DNA of 63,823 bases, filler included, from Tortispora ganteri (GCA_003707115.1; 37 parts of 37 records of this genome joined end to end with filler, not necessarily neighbours in it), one strand, 5' to 3'; positions 9,803 to 23,136 are shown, numbered from the whole stretch's first letter. A program made the numbers and translations. The notes: generated by a model from the letters alone, not told the origin.

Positions 9803-11645
9803 TGGTAAGACACTCGAGTTGCTATAGATCGACGATGGCAAGGCGCTCGAGTTGCTGTATATCGATGTCGGCAAGGCACTCGAGTTGCTATAGATCGATG
9901 TTGGCAAGGCGCTCGAGTTGCCTGACGAAGTTGGTAAGACACTCGAGTTGCTATAGATCGATGTTGGCAAGGCGCTCGAGTTGCCTGACGAAGTTGGTAA
10001 GACACTCGAGTTGCTGTATGTAGATGATGGTAAGACACTCGAGTTGCTGTAGATCGATGTTGGTAAGACACTCGAGTTGCTATAGATCGATGGTAACACA
10101 CTTGAGTTGCGGTAAATCGATGTTGTTAAGACGCTCGAGTTGCTGTAGATCGAAGATGGCAAGGCACTCGAGTTGCTGTAGATCGATGTCGGCAAGACGC
10201 TCAAATTACTGTAGATCGATGATGGCAACACACTTGAGTTGCGGTAAATCGACGATGGCAACACACTTGAGTTGCTGTAAATCGACAATGGCAAAGCACT
10301 CGAGTTGCTGTATGTAGATGATGGTAAAGCACTTGAGTTGCTGTAAATCGACGATGGCAACACACTCAAGTTGCTGTATGTAGATGATGGTAAAGCACTT
10401 GAGTTGCTGTAAATCGACGATGACAACACACTCAAGTTGCTATAAATCGACGATGGTAAGGCACTCGAGTTGCTGTAGATCGATGTTGATAACACACTTG
10501 AGTTGCTGTAAATCGATGATGGTAAGACGCTCGAGTTGCTGTAGATCGAAGATGGTAAAACACTCGAGTTACTGTAGATCGATGTCGGCAAGACGCTCAA
10601 ATTACTGTAGATCGATGATGGCAACACACTTGAGTTGCGGTAAATCGACGATGGCAACACACTTGAGTTGCTGTAAATCGACAATGGCAAAGCACTCGAG
10701 TTGCTATAGATCGATGTTGGCAAGGCGCTCGAGTTGCCTGACGAAGTTGGTAAGACACTCGAGTTGCTATAGATCGATGTTGGCAAGGCGCTCGAGTTGC
10801 CTGACGATGTTGGTAAGGCACTCAAGTTGCTGTATGTAGATGATGGTAAGACACTCGAGTTGCTGTAGATCGATGTTGGTAACACACTCGAGTTGCTGTA
10901 GATCGAAGATGGCAAGGCACTCGAATTACTATAGATCGAAGATGGTAAGATGCTCGAGTTGCCAGACGAAGTTGTTAAGACACTCGAATTGCTGTAGATC
11001 GAAGCTGATAAGACACTAGAGTTGCTGTAGATCGAAGATGGCAAGACACTTGAGTTGCTATAAATCGATGTTGATAACACACTAGAGTTGCTGTAGATCG
11101 AAGATGGTAAGGCACTTGAGTTACTATAGATCGAAGATGGTAAGATGCTCGAGTTACTATAGATCGATGTCGGCAAGGCACTTGAGTTGCTGTAGATCGA
11201 TGTTGGCAAGGCACTAGAGTTGCTGTAGATCGATGTCGGCAAGGCACTTGAGTTGCTGTAGATCGATGTTGTTAAGACACTCGAGTTGCTATAAATCGAC
11301 GATGGCAAGGCACTAGAGTTGCGGTAAATCGACGACGGCAACACACTTGAGTTGCTGTAAATCGACAATGGCAAAGCACTCGAGTTGCTGTACATCGATG
11401 TTGTTAAGACACTTGAGTTGCTGTACATCGATGTTGGCAAAGCACTCAAGTTGCTGTATATCGATGATGGTAAGACACTCGAGTTGCTGTAGATCGATGA
11501 TGGCAACACACTTGAGTTGCGGTAAATCGACGACGGAAACACACTTGAGTTGCTGTAAATCGACAATGGCAAAGCACTCGAGTTGCTGTACATCGATGTT
11601 GGTAAGACGCTTGAGTTGCTGAAAATCGATGTTGGCAAAGCACTC
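9803..11645 (-). CDS. Internal stalk fragment, 11-aa (33-bp) repeat P[TS]SIYSNSS[AV]L
   Basis: Open across the contig; 9803-10001 is the reverse complement of 59609-59807, so it continues into 59609-60638. Confidence 0.8.
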
Positions 11646-12649
11646 NNNNNNNNNNNNNNNNNNNNNNNNNNNNNNNNNNNNNNNNNNNNTTAATTAATTA
11701 ANNNNNNNNNNNNNNNNNNNNNNNNNNNNNNNNNNNNNNNNNNNNAATGTATATCGCAACTGCCAAATAATTAGCCCAGTACTGCGAGAAATTTCATTTT
11801 AGATGGCAATTTTTCAATCTTAGACTTGATACTTGACACTTTCCAAAAAAGAATATGAACCGTATGTCCTAGAACTATCACTTAAATGCTTGCTTAAACG
11901 TAGTGATGCAGGAGCTTTAACTAGGCGTTAAAGATGATGGAGGCATATTTAATTCATAGATTCACCTAATTAATACGTAATCATAATGACTTAAGGGCAA
12001 AATATATAGTGTCTGCTCTTAGAATCGCTAAATCAAATGCATGACCGCAGTCGTTGATGATGAATGATCATAGTTATAGATATTTCACCGACCACGCATA
12101 AAGATTTAATAAAAAAGCTTACAACTTCAAGCCTAACTCCTAAGCATGAAGAATCAATTTGCTGATCGCTTGCTATATATACCTTATTATATCGAACAAC
12201 GTACTTAGATCGACTATGAGAATGCCTGAATCTATGTACTTTAATTAGCAGATGATTATCCAGAACCTCAGATAGAACGTCAGCCAAATTGATATTCTAT
12301 TTAGGTATAAGCAAGCATTCGTTAATGAATATTGACCAATGGATTAATTGTTAAATTCGACCATCACCGTGGATAACTTATGCGGTTCCCATTTAAAGGA
12401 GGTCCTTGGATTACCAAAATAGCATAAAGTAGAGTTGTATTATCTCACTACGTGCGCACATTTTTTGATAATTTATGGGCAAACCTAGTTAATATGCACT
12501 ACTTATCCACTATTCACAATAGCAGTAATTCCCCCTACAGATTATTTTGTCAGAATTTGGTAGTCCTTCATCATAGCACATCACTATGTGTTTGCTCTGG
12601 CAGCCGTACCACAAAGTCGAAACTCTTCTACGTGGGTCGTATCGCGTAT

Positions 12650-13587
12650 TAGTAAATTCTGGTATTTCGCGAAAATCTTGAACTTTCTAAAGTGGTCATT
12701 ATAGCGGCCCAAACGCCACCAAAATACTCAAATATCGTTCCCTTATGCATATAATACCTTTAAGAAGTATTTCTGCAGCTGGTGACAGTTTACTGTGAAA
12801 ACCGTGAAAACCGTGAAAATCTCGAAAATCGCAAAAAACACTAAGGCTATAGCCTTGGTAAATTTTCAGATTTCACGAAAATCTTGATTTTTTAGAAATT
12901 GCTCTTAAAGCGTCTAAAACGTCAGTAAATACTCAAATAACCGAACATTATGCTTAGAATACCTTCAGAGCCTCTTCTAGGCCTTTCACGCGGCTCATGA
13001 TAGTTTGCCCTTAAAATTGAGCAAATCGCAATACTCGTAAACGTCCTAAGGCCACCTGTATCAACTTCGAGGAACCCGCTATCTAGGGCAAACAAACTAC
13101 ATTGCTTTTTAGTCTTGAGGATAGGAAGATGCACTTCCCCGTGGGTCTTGTAGCAATTCCTGTACTATTTGACCGTCGATGGTCTTGTCGGTTGGCTTCT
13201 GATGAATCTCTGAGATTCTGGCCGGTTGGACTATGATAGCACTGGCATGCATGTACACGCGATCGATGACTTGACACCACAGGCTGTTGTGTCAAGAGCC
13301 CAATGGTTAATCTTATTATTCCTGGACGCTGTTAACCTTCGATTGAGCGCATCCTGTGTAAGTTGTTAGCGTGCGTTGCTCAATGTATACGGTCGTCGAC
13401 GAGAGGTGGAGTAAGCCTAGTGAAGGAGAGCAAACAGCGCCCCCTATTGGCTATAAATATCACGTGCAAACACCTATACCCTTGAATAAAGTTTTTTTAG
13501 AACTGAAGAAAGATGTCGAGCAATGCATCCTATTGGCTATATATCAGGTGATATACCCTATACCCTGAATTAAAGTTGCAGAAAATC
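12650..13587. repeat. Segment of ~2.6-kb non-coding repeat unit, with unique flank on its left
   Basis: Reverse complement matches 41910-42409 then 49207-49660 and 61382-61820. Confidence 0.9.
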
Positions 13588-13687
13588 NNNNNNNNNNNNN
13601 NNNNNNNNNNNNNNNNNNNNNNNNNNNNNNNTTAATTAATTAANNNNNNNNNNNNNNNNNNNNNNNNNNNNNNNNNNNNNNNNNNNN

Positions 13688-15516
13688 GTCATCTGGCTCA
13701 GCGTCATCTGGCTCAGCGTCATCTGGCTCAGCGTCATCTGGCTCAGCGTCATCTGGCTCTGCCTCGTCTGGATCGGCATCGTCTGGATCGTTGTCATCTG
13801 GCTCAGCGTCGTCTGTCTCAGCGTCATCTGGCTCTGCTTCATCTGGATCGTTGTCATCTGGATCGTTGTCGTCTGGATCGTTATCGTCTGGCTCAGCCTC
13901 ATCTGGCTCTGCCTCATCTGGATCGTTGTCGTCTGGATCGTTATCGTCTGGATCGTTATCGTCTGGCTCAGCGTCATCTGGTTCAGCTTCCTCTGGCTCT
14001 GCCTCGTCTGGCTCTGCCTCGTCTGGATCGTTATCATCTGGCTCTGCCTCATCTGGATCGTTGTCTTCTGGCTCAGCCTCGTCTGGATCGTTATCATCTG
14101 GCTCAGCCTCATCTGGATCGTTGTCTTCTGGATCGTTATTGTCTGGATCGTTATCGTCTGGCTCAGCCTCATCTGGCTCAGCCTCATCTGGATCGTTGTC
14201 ATCTGGATCGTGGTCTTCTGGCTCAGTGTCGTCTGGCTCAGTGTCGTCTGGCTCAGTGTCGTCTAATTCAGCGTCGTCTAACTCAGCGTCGTCTAACTCA
14301 GCGTCATCTGGCTCAGCGTCATCTGGCTCAGCGTCGTCTGTCTCAGCGTCATCTGGCTCTGCTTCATCTGGATCGTTGTCATCTGGATCGTTGTCATCTG
14401 GATCGTTGTCATCTGGATCGTTGTCATCTGGATCGTTGTCATCTGGATCGTTGTCATCTGGATCGTTGTCATCTGGATCGTTGTCATCTGGATCGTTGTC
14501 GTCTGGATCGTTATCGTCTGGCTCAGCCTCATCTGGCTCAGCCTCATCTGGATCGTTGTCGTCTGGATCGTTGTCGTCTGGATCGTTATTGTCTGGCTCA
14601 GCTTCATCTGTGTCAACATCATCTGGCTCATTGTCTTCTGGATCATTATCGTCTGGATCGTTATTGTCTGGATCGTTATCATCTGGATCGTTATCATCTG
14701 GATCGGCGTCATCTGGCTCAACTTCGTCTGGGTCAGCGTCATCTGGGTCAGCGTCATCTGGCTCTGCCTCGTCTGGATCGGCATCGTCTGGATCGGCATC
14801 GTCTGTCTCAGCGTCATCTGGCTCTGCTTCATCTGGATCGTTGTCATCTGGATCGTTGTCGTCTGGATCGTTATCGTCTGGCTCAGCCTCATCTGGCTCA
14901 GCCTCATCTGGATCGTTGTCGTCTGGATCGTTGTCGTCTGGATCGTTATTGTCTGGCTCAGCTTCATCTGTGTCAACATCGTCTGGCTCATTGTCTTCTG
15001 GATCATTATCGTCTGGATCGTTATTGTCTGGATCGTTATCGTCTGGCTCAGCGTCATCTGGATCGTTATCGTCTGGCTCAGCGTCATCTGGCTCAGCGTC
15101 ATCTGGATCGTTATCGTCTGGCTCAGCGTCATCTGGTTCAGCGTCATCTGGTTCAGCTTCCTCTGGCTCTGCGTCATCTGGCTCAGCGTCGTCTGGCTCT
15201 GCCTCGTCTGGCTCTGCCTCGTCTGGCTCTGCCTCGTCTGGATCATTGTCTTCTAGCTCAGCGTTGTCTGGCTCAGCGTTGTCTGGCTCAGCGTCGTCTA
15301 ATTCAGCGTCGTCTAACTCAGCGTCGTCTAACTCAGCGTCGTCTGGCTCAACATCCTCTGGCTCAGCATTCTCTGGATCTGCGTCATCTGGCTCAGCATC
15401 ATCTGGCTCTACCTCGTCTGTAATGTCATCGTCTGGCTCTGCGTCTTCTGGCTCAGCGTCGTCTAACTCAGCGTCGTCTGGTTTTGCCTCGTCTGCAGTC
15501 TCATCGTCTGGCTCTG
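13688..15516 (+). CDS. Internal stalk fragment, SSGSA/SSGSL 15-bp repeat
   Basis: Open across the contig; same repeat family as 1976-3842 and 62488-63823. Confidence 0.75.
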
Positions 15517-15616
15517 NNNNNNNNNNNNNNNNNNNNNNNNNNNNNNNNNNNNNNNNNNNNTTAATTAATTAANNNNNNNNNNNNNNNNNNNNNNNNNNNN
15601 NNNNNNNNNNNNNNNN

Positions 15617-17436
15617 GAGAATCCAGTCAAGCAACCTTGCGTGGCCGCACAGATATCGTAGGCTTCCACCCCTCTTGCAGTTTGACAGTACATGAACGCA
15701 GATTGAAGTGGGTCGTCATGAAGTTTCCACGCTTTTTGACAGACTTTTTGGTAGTAATAAACCAATGAGCTCTTCTTACATGTTCGCATCACATGCTTCA
15801 AAGTTTCGTCCTTTCGTAGTGCTTTCTTTATGCTGCAAAACGAAGGGCTGGTAGGTGAAGAGGCGTTTTCCCATATAAATTGTTTGATTGAAATTGGAAG
15901 ATTTGGCGGAGGGGGTGGCGGTGGATGCGGTTTGTGTCGCAAAAAGATTTGAATGCATTTAGCATTTGGATGATAGGTTACAACCAAGCGAGAGTTACAG
16001 CGCTCTGTCATGTGTCTTCGCTTGTAATGTACCTTTGCCTGCGAGCCTTGTTCGTCTTGACAACAATAGAAGCTGACAGTGAATGGGCCGATACCTTTCC
16101 AAGTTGTGGCACTGTCCCACACAAATCTGTAGCCAGTGGCCTTTTCAATAAGGCCACGCACGATATAATCGCGTACAAAAACTGCCATATTCATTCTGTT
16201 TCTTTTGATATCTACCAATTGAAATTCGTCGGGAAGACCGTTTCGCTCTATTGCCTCGCGGTTTAGGTGCAGAATGGCATTCGCGCTCCCGTTTCCATTT
16301 CCTGAGGCCAGGGCACGAAAAAATAACTTTGCATCGGTATACACTTCAGAGGCATTGCTTTCTTTGATCATAAGGCGTCGTTTCTTCCTATCAGTCCTGA
16401 CACCTTTAAGAGCGCGGCTTCGACGTTTTACTTCAGCATTAGCTTCCCGGCACCTTATACACTTGGCCTTGATGAAACGTTCAGGTTCGGATTCTCCCAT
16501 TACTTTGCGACAATTTGTGCAAACAGTAGTTTTATTCGCCGGAGGGCCCGTAAACAATGAAGTGTATACATCGGGTGGAAGTTCTTTGCGTTCACGGTAG
16601 ACATTGGGGCACACAGGTCGGTCTGGTAGATCCGCAGTTCCATCTTGCTGCAGTTGCGAGCACATTAGATCAGCTTCTTCTTTTTCAAGTTCCTCTTCGC
16701 TGTCGCTATCGCTGTGTTGGTCACCGTCGTTTAACTCTGCATTACTTTCAGTTTCCTTGTAGCTCATATTATACGCATCCTCCCATTCAACATTCTCAAC
16801 CTCTGTTTCTTCGTTTTCCTTTTCTTCGTTTTCCATTTCTTCGTTTTCTAACTCCTCGTTCAATGGCGAGGTCGTTTCAATGTATGAATAGTCCTCCTGC
16901 TGAGCACTGAAAGTTTCATCGACCTCTTGCGGAGTCAGTGATAGGTGTTGAGGTGCAATTCCGCTGTCCCGTTCACCTTCTCGCAGCTCTTCAGCGTCCA
17001 GTGTGGAGTTTCCGTCAAATTCTTCCGCGTAGCTGTGTACTGGAATCTTCATTTCGGGTGCGCCGCGTGTCAGTTTCTCCAGGTCGTAGCATCGCTTTTG
17101 CGTTCGAGCTAGTTTACAGCTCAGATTGGTGTTTACGCGACGAGTTTGCCTAATCCTTTGAAGCCACTCAGTAAGTATGGCGGAAACCCCGTGATCATCA
17201 GCCTTAATAGCTTCTGGGAAGTCCGTGGCTATGAATTTCTTGGTGGCTTCGTGAAAATAGTGCAGTGAGTAAACACGCTCTGCTATTTGTCGAAGAGTCA
17301 TGCCCAGCGACTCTTGATAATCTTCCGCAAGACTTTCTGGGCTATCTTCGCCATTCCTTGAACTCCTCAGTTTCACGAAATTAGCATCGATAACCTTTTT
17401 CATGTTTACAACAGTGTTGTTCACTATGTTTGTGTG
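15617..17436 (-). mobile_element. Mutator-like (MULE) transposase, N-terminal half
   Basis: Acidic tract, CTNC..CIRC knuckle, and TGYRF...FYCCQD...CNSRL...HKPH (WRKY/GCM1-type Zn domain typical of MULEs). Ends GCLTGF, apparently abutting FTFFVN at 33946. Confidence 0.75.
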
Positions 17437-17536
17437 NNNNNNNNNNNNNNNNNNNNNNNNNNNNNNNNNNNNNNNNNNNNTTAATTAATTAANNNNNNNN
17501 NNNNNNNNNNNNNNNNNNNNNNNNNNNNNNNNNNNN

Positions 17537-19320
17537 TCGTGGATGAATTCGACGAGTTCGATGTGGCCTAACAGCACTGCTTCGTGGAATAGCTCAGTAA
17601 CAAGTGCGTCTTCGATCAATTCGACGACTTCTATGTGGCCAAATAGTACCTCGTCGTGGATGAATTCGACGAGTTCGATGTGGCCTAATAGCACCTCTTC
17701 GTGGATGAATTCGACGAGTTCGATGTGGCCTAATAGCACTGCTTCGTGGAATAGCTCAGTAACAAGTGCGTCTTTGATCAACTCAACGACTTCTATGTGG
17801 CCTAATAGTACCTCTTCGTGGATGAATTCGACGAGTTCGATGTGGCCAAATAGTACCTCTTCGTGGAATAGCTCAGTAGCAAGTGCGTCTTTGATCAACT
17901 CGACGACTTCTATGTGGCCTAATAGCACCTCTTTGTGGAATAGCTCAGTAACAAGTGCGTCTTCGATCAACTCGACGACTTCTATGTGGCCAAATAGTAC
18001 CTCTTCGTGGATGAATTCGACGAGTTCGATGTGGCCTAATAGCACATCTTCGTGGATGAATTCGACAAGTTCGATGTGGCCTAACAGCACCGCTTCGTGG
18101 AATAGCTCAGTAGCAAGTGCGTCTTTGATCAACTCGACGACTTCTATGTGGCCTAATAGCACCGCTTCGTGGAATAGCTCAGTAGCAAGTGCGTCTTCCA
18201 TAAACTCGACGACTTCTATGTGGCCAAATAGCACCGCTTCGTGGAATAGCTCTGTAGCAAGTGCGTCTTCCATCAACTCGACAACTTCGATGTCGCCAAA
18301 TAGCACCGCTTCGTGGAATAGTTCTATGTCATCTGCTTCTTTGATTAACTCGACGACTTCGATGTGGCCAAATAGCACTGCTTCGTGGAATAGTTCTATG
18401 ACATCTGCATCTTTTATTAACTCGACGACTTCGATGTGGCCAAATAGCACTGCTTCGTGGAATAGTTCTATGACATCTGCATCTTTGATTAACTCGACGA
18501 CTTCGATGTCGCCAAATAGCACTGCTTCGTGGAATAGTTCTATGACATCTGCATCTTTGATTAACTCGACGACTTCGATGTCGCCAAATAGCACTGCTTC
18601 GTGGAATAGTTCTATGATATCTGCATCTTTGATTAACTCGACAACTTCGATGTCGCCAAATAGCACTGCTTCGTGGAATAGTTCTATGACATCGGCATCT
18701 TTGATTAACTCGACTACTTCGATGTCGGCAAATAGCACTGCTTCGTGGAATAGCTCTATGACATCGGCATCTTTGATTAACTCGACGACTTCGATATCGT
18801 CAAATAGCACTGCTCCGTGGAATAGCTCTGAAACAAGTGCGTCTTCAATTAATTCGACGACATCTATGAGGTCCAATAGCACTGCATTATCCTCAGAGTC
18901 AACAATCCCTGGCTCAGTGTTTTCTGAGATAACATTTTCCGTGCCGGTGCCCTCTGATTCAGTGTCCTCAGCGTCGAAAGTGTCCGAATCGGCCTCTTCT
19001 GAAGCAGCCGCTTCGGCCTCCTCTGCATCTGAGGCTTCCCATTCTAGTGCTACCGATTCCAAATCGCATTCAGAAAGCCTGCATTCCAGTCAAGCTAGCG
19101 AAACTGTTTCTTCTGAAACATTATCCTCTGAGGTAGTTTCCTCTGAAACATTTTCCTCTGAAGGAATTTCATCTGAAGCTATGACCTCGCCGTCAATAAG
19201 TCAGGTATCTAGAACTTCTAACGCTGAATCCACTGAAGGAACGTCTAACACTGAATCTACTACACGCGAATCTACTACACGTGAATCTACTGCAGATGAA
19301 TCGACGAATCGGGAGTCAAC
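17537..19320 (+). CDS. Internal stalk fragment, Trp/Met-containing repeats (NSTTSMWPNSTASWNSS; 45- and 72-bp units) then Ser/Glu/Thr-rich region
   Basis: Open across the contig; a related repeat precedes a PA14/GLEYA-like domain at 50717-52112. Confidence 0.75.
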
Positions 19321-19422
19321 NNNNNNNNNNNNNNNNNNNNNNNNNNNNNNNNNNNNNNNNNNNNTTAATTAATTAANNNNNNNNNNNNNNNNNNNNNNNN
19401 NNNNNNNNNNNNNNNNNNNNAC

Positions 19423-20223
19423 AAATATCACCATATGGCAGTAGATGTGCTATCTTTGGAGGCATTCATTCTTGTGCCCAGAGCATTTTCTGTCGCATCC
19501 ATATACCCTTATTACGGAACATTGCTTCCGTGTGTGCGAGCAATGATGTATGATCTTATTCAGTTTGTTCCACTAATTTGCGTGTGCTTCTTCGGGTTTC
19601 TTGTCACATTCTGTTCGCTAGGCAAAGACGTTTATAGCATTCAAAGTATGAGCGGATTACTTATACGTGTATTTTTTGGATCAGCAGGCACCGGCCTTGA
19701 TGCCGCGCCCGTCATTAACGACGTGCTAGGAACCCCGCTTATGCTGTTTTTCATTGCGTTAACCAACTTAGTACTTGTCACTTTCATTATATCCATCTTG
19801 TCGCAGCGATATATGGTAATGATCGGAAATCAGCGTGAGGAATACGAGCTAATGTTTGCATCTCACGTTCTAGACACTATAACAACGTCAGACAAAGTGA
19901 CATATTTCTATCCACCATTGAATATAGTGTCGTTTTTATTCCGTCCATTGCGATACACTATGTCTGCAGAACACTATCAGCATTTCCGCATAGTATTATT
20001 GAAGATCACACACTTTCCTTGGGTATCCTGTATTTGGCTGTTTGAATATCTGAGGCCGAGAAAACGATCTCTGTCCCATAACTCGGCTTTACCTTTCCCG
20101 GGGGAAGAAACCGAAGAAACTAACCCTCTTGATGCACGTCTTTCGACAATGGAAGACGAACTCAAAGCTCTCAGACAACTCCTTCAAGAAGTTCTACAAA
20201 AGAAGTCTGAAAAAGATACATAG
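19423..20223 (+). CDS. TRP-type (Yvc1-like) cation channel, C-terminal part
   Basis: YPYYGTLL..., FFGFLVTF, LTNLVLVTFIISILSQRY, REEY, YPPLNI and a terminal coiled coil match S5-pore-S6 and tail of fungal TRP channels. Confidence 0.75.
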   Translation, partial: KYHHMAVDVLSLEAFILVPRAFSVASIYPYYGTLLPCVRAMMYDLIQFVPLICVCFFGFLVTFCSLGKDVYSIQSMSGLLIRVFFGSAGTGLDAAPVINDVLGTPLMLFFIALTNLVLVTFIISILSQRYMVMIGNQREEYELMFASHVLDTITTSDKVTYFYPPLNIVSFLFRPLRYTMSAEHYQHFRIVLLKITHFPWVSCIWLFEYLRPRKRSLSHNSALPFPGEETEETNPLDARLSTMEDELKALRQLLQEVLQKKSEKDT

Positions 20224-20257
20224 CTAGAAGTAACTATAAGTGATCATGCATTCCCTT

Positions 20258-20923
20258 TCAGATGTAGTCTTGATCGTTGCCACCGAATGGATCAGGAGGA
20301 TCCCATCTCATAGAGCCCGGACCCATGTGAGATCCAGAAGGTCTATTACCAGGGAAAGAAGGATGCATGCCGCGTCCAGGACGAAGGTTAGGCATACCAG
20401 GCTGCATAGGCGGATTAGGTCCGAGTCCAGGCGGATACAGATCATCAGCTCCATAGTTCCTGAAATCTGGCACACCTCTCACTGAAGGTGGCTCCTCATT
20501 GTTGAATAATGGAGGAGGAAGTTCATCGCCATAATTCCGTCGATGATCAACTGGTACACCGTTGCCAGTTGATCTATCATTGTCACTTATATTTGCCTCC
20601 AAGGATACTGGTCTCGCTGCGCGTTGTGAGGAGTCAACATTCGTCGCCCTGGTTTGATCGCGTGATGAGTTCAAAGAATTCTCAAAAAGCAGGATGAAAG
20701 ACCTAACTGCGTCGCTAATCTGTGAAGAGTTAATGGAAGGCGTCAGCTCAATGGGATACGTAGTAGTGCCTGAAGGGTCTTCAGGAATAAATGAAACAAA
20801 AAGCCAGCCAGGTTTCGAAAAGATATAAACCTCGATAATTATATTTGCTTTTTTATAGGTTAAACTAGACGTTTTACCATAATCGCAGGCTTTAAACGCC
20901 TCATCAATGGATTCTTCATACAT
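20258..20923 (-). CDS. Proteasome regulator PI31 (Fub1-like)
   Basis: Pro-rich tail with GADDLYPPG, GMHP, RWDPPDP and terminal HbYX-like DYI. Confidence 0.75.
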   Translation of the reverse strand: MYEESIDEAFKACDYGKTSSLTYKKANIIIEVYIFSKPGWLFVSFIPEDPSGTTTYPIELTPSINSSQISDAVRSFILLFENSLNSSRDQTRATNVDSSQRAARPVSLEANISDNDRSTGNGVPVDHRRNYGDELPPPLFNNEEPPSVRGVPDFRNYGADDLYPPGLGPNPPMQPGMPNLRPGRGMHPSFPGNRPSGSHMGPGSMRWDPPDPFGGNDQDYI

Positions 20924-21283
20924 ATTGTCGAAAGTCTATTACACTTTCATTCATCTCAACTACACTAGTGTATGACAGACGACTACCACAAACCACAAAC
21001 CACGAACCACGAACCACGAACCGCGGACCACGACGACCCGCGACGACCCGCCCGCCCGACAACGCGCGACAGCGATTTGAGCGTACTGGGGCGGGTTGGT
21101 AGTTACAGCGAGCATTGGTGGATCGGGGGAGGTGTGAGTGACGGGGAGGCAGTAGGGGTGTAGAAGTGAATAAAGATATTAAANNNNNNNNNNNNNNNNN
21201 NNNNNNNNNNNNNNNNNNNNNNNNNNNTTAATTAATTAANNNNNNNNNNNNNNNNNNNNNNNNNNNNNNNNNNNNNNNNNNNN

Positions 21284-21713
21284 CCTCTTGACTTCGCCTC
21301 GTAGGACAACGGGTGCGGCTAAACAACCTGCTGCACCCTCTGGCAATGGTAAATCACCTGGAGCTGAAAACGTCGGCGACAGTTACCATATAGACACCGC
21401 GAAATTCGCGTTTTTCGTCGTAGACCCTGCGAAATCCGCGAATTGGTGTCTTGTGCCGCACTGGAATTGCTGAAATTTTTTTTCCAGTGCATGTGCGCGA
21501 GGGGGCATGTCATTTTTTTTTCTCGAGTCACGTGACCTCGGCCTTTTTGTGAATGCGCTGCAACACCAGCACTAGCACTCCTATGGCCTTGAAACCTTCG
21601 TCAATCGTTTTGTAGCCCACCTGCGATGACAAAGAAGTATTCGGGAACGCGCTAAACGCAAAATTGGAAAAATTAGCGCCAAAAACAGGGGGAACCCCGT
21701 CACTTTGGTTTTT
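21284..21713. repeat. Dispersed non-coding segment upstream of CHS7, also found beside the 2.6-kb repeat
   Basis: Reverse complement matches 50059-50486 and 40504-40748; contains palindrome GTCACGTGAC. Confidence 0.85.
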
Positions 21714-22594
21714 GGTGGGTGTGACCGTAAATTCGTGTTATTCTTGAGAGCAAGCCGTATAATGATGCATATTAGGTAATATAATGATTGTAGAATAAAA
21801 ATATTGGTCTTCTGTAAGATCGGGGTAATTTCGATGCACTTGCGAAGTGTATGGGCTTGACTTGGAACGAGGTTACAAGGAACATCGGAGCAAAGAATCA
21901 CATTACATGTGAGAATTCTATCAATATATTGGTAGAAAATCCCGCAATTGAAGTAGTATGAAAGACTAGTGGGTCATTTTGAACAATACATGGCACTAAG
22001 TTTCAGTGAAAAAGTAAGCCGTTACGCCAGTACTACTGTTGGTAACAGTGCAATAAAAGTGGACAAAGTGTGAATGTTAAAGAGTGTCGATCGATCTGGG
22101 ACAGCCGAGTCAATTAACCAGAAATAGTCAGCCACGAATGTAGAGTTTTATTATAAGGCAAGGTGAAGTGGCAGATAATAAATAAGACAATAACTAATAA
22201 TTGATAGCAAACGCTGCCATAAAATTCTATATGATCTGATAAAAGAAACTTAGAACCTGATCTATAGATTGGGCAGAATAATCCGTTTAGACGCGTTGAT
22301 ATGGTAGACATGGTAGACAGCTATGCGATCACCATAGTGGAATGCAAGGCATGTGACTGCTTAGCTAACTGATGTTTAATAGAACAAGATAATAATCATA
22401 ATTAATAAAATATGTGGTATCAGTATCAAATGCATCGCTTCACGCAGAAAGTATTGTAAAAGCCGCAGTAGGGTAACATGGCTTGGATGACATTCTAATT
22501 TTAATTAGAGCAGAAGGGTCTTTTCACTAATTACTTCATTTTTCTGACTTTCAGCCATAACTGTCAGACGCATTACATACGAGACTTTGCAGCT

Positions 22595-23036
22595 ATGGGA
22601 TTTGGTAGCTTTGAATTCATATGTTCAAAAGCAGCATTGCCTCTGTGTATCTTGGTTGATATCAACCCGAACGGGGACCTGTTAGTTCAACAAGCAGATA
22701 TGCTTGCACAGTGCTATTCGAGAACCATCGAATTAGCCAATACGGTTATTTTTCAGACAGGGAATGCATTTATATCTATAGGAGCCTTAATTATGGTCAG
22801 TATTATGATACTGAACATAAAATCGAAGTACACAGCAGTGGGCAGGCTTGAGATGTTGAGTTTTTTTCTTATGTATGGGTTGTTGACATTTTTGTCCTTG
22901 TGTGTTGACAGCGGGGTAATTCCTACAAATAGCTCTTCCTACGCATACTTTGTTGCCCTACAAGCAGGATTCTCATCTGGTGTATGCTGGTGTCTGATGC
23001 TGACGGGGTTTGTGGGTTTCCAGCTTTACGAAGATG
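22595..23036 (+). CDS. CHS7: Chitin synthase III export chaperone, 5' part (copy 1)
   Basis: MGFGSFEFICSKAALPLC...CYSRTIELANTVIFQ...KSKYTAVGRLEM...GFVGFQLYED. Confidence 0.92.
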
Positions 23037-23136
23037 NNNNNNNNNNNNNNNNNNNNNNNNNNNNNNNNNNNNNNNNNNNNTTAATTAATTAANNNNNNNN
23101 NNNNNNNNNNNNNNNNNNNNNNNNNNNNNNNNNNNN

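Noticed and set aside
17485..19062. Long antisense ORFs with HEAVLFGHIEVVEL repeats (also 50665-51663, and MTLSQ/RHSSCC ORFs over other stalks)
   Set aside because: Tandem repeats lacking a stop in one unit stay open throughout; only the Ser-rich frame joins recognisable domains.
20984..21062. Short ACCAC(A/G)A heptamer run upstream of PI31
   Set aside because: A few degenerate units; ordinary low-complexity promoter sequence.
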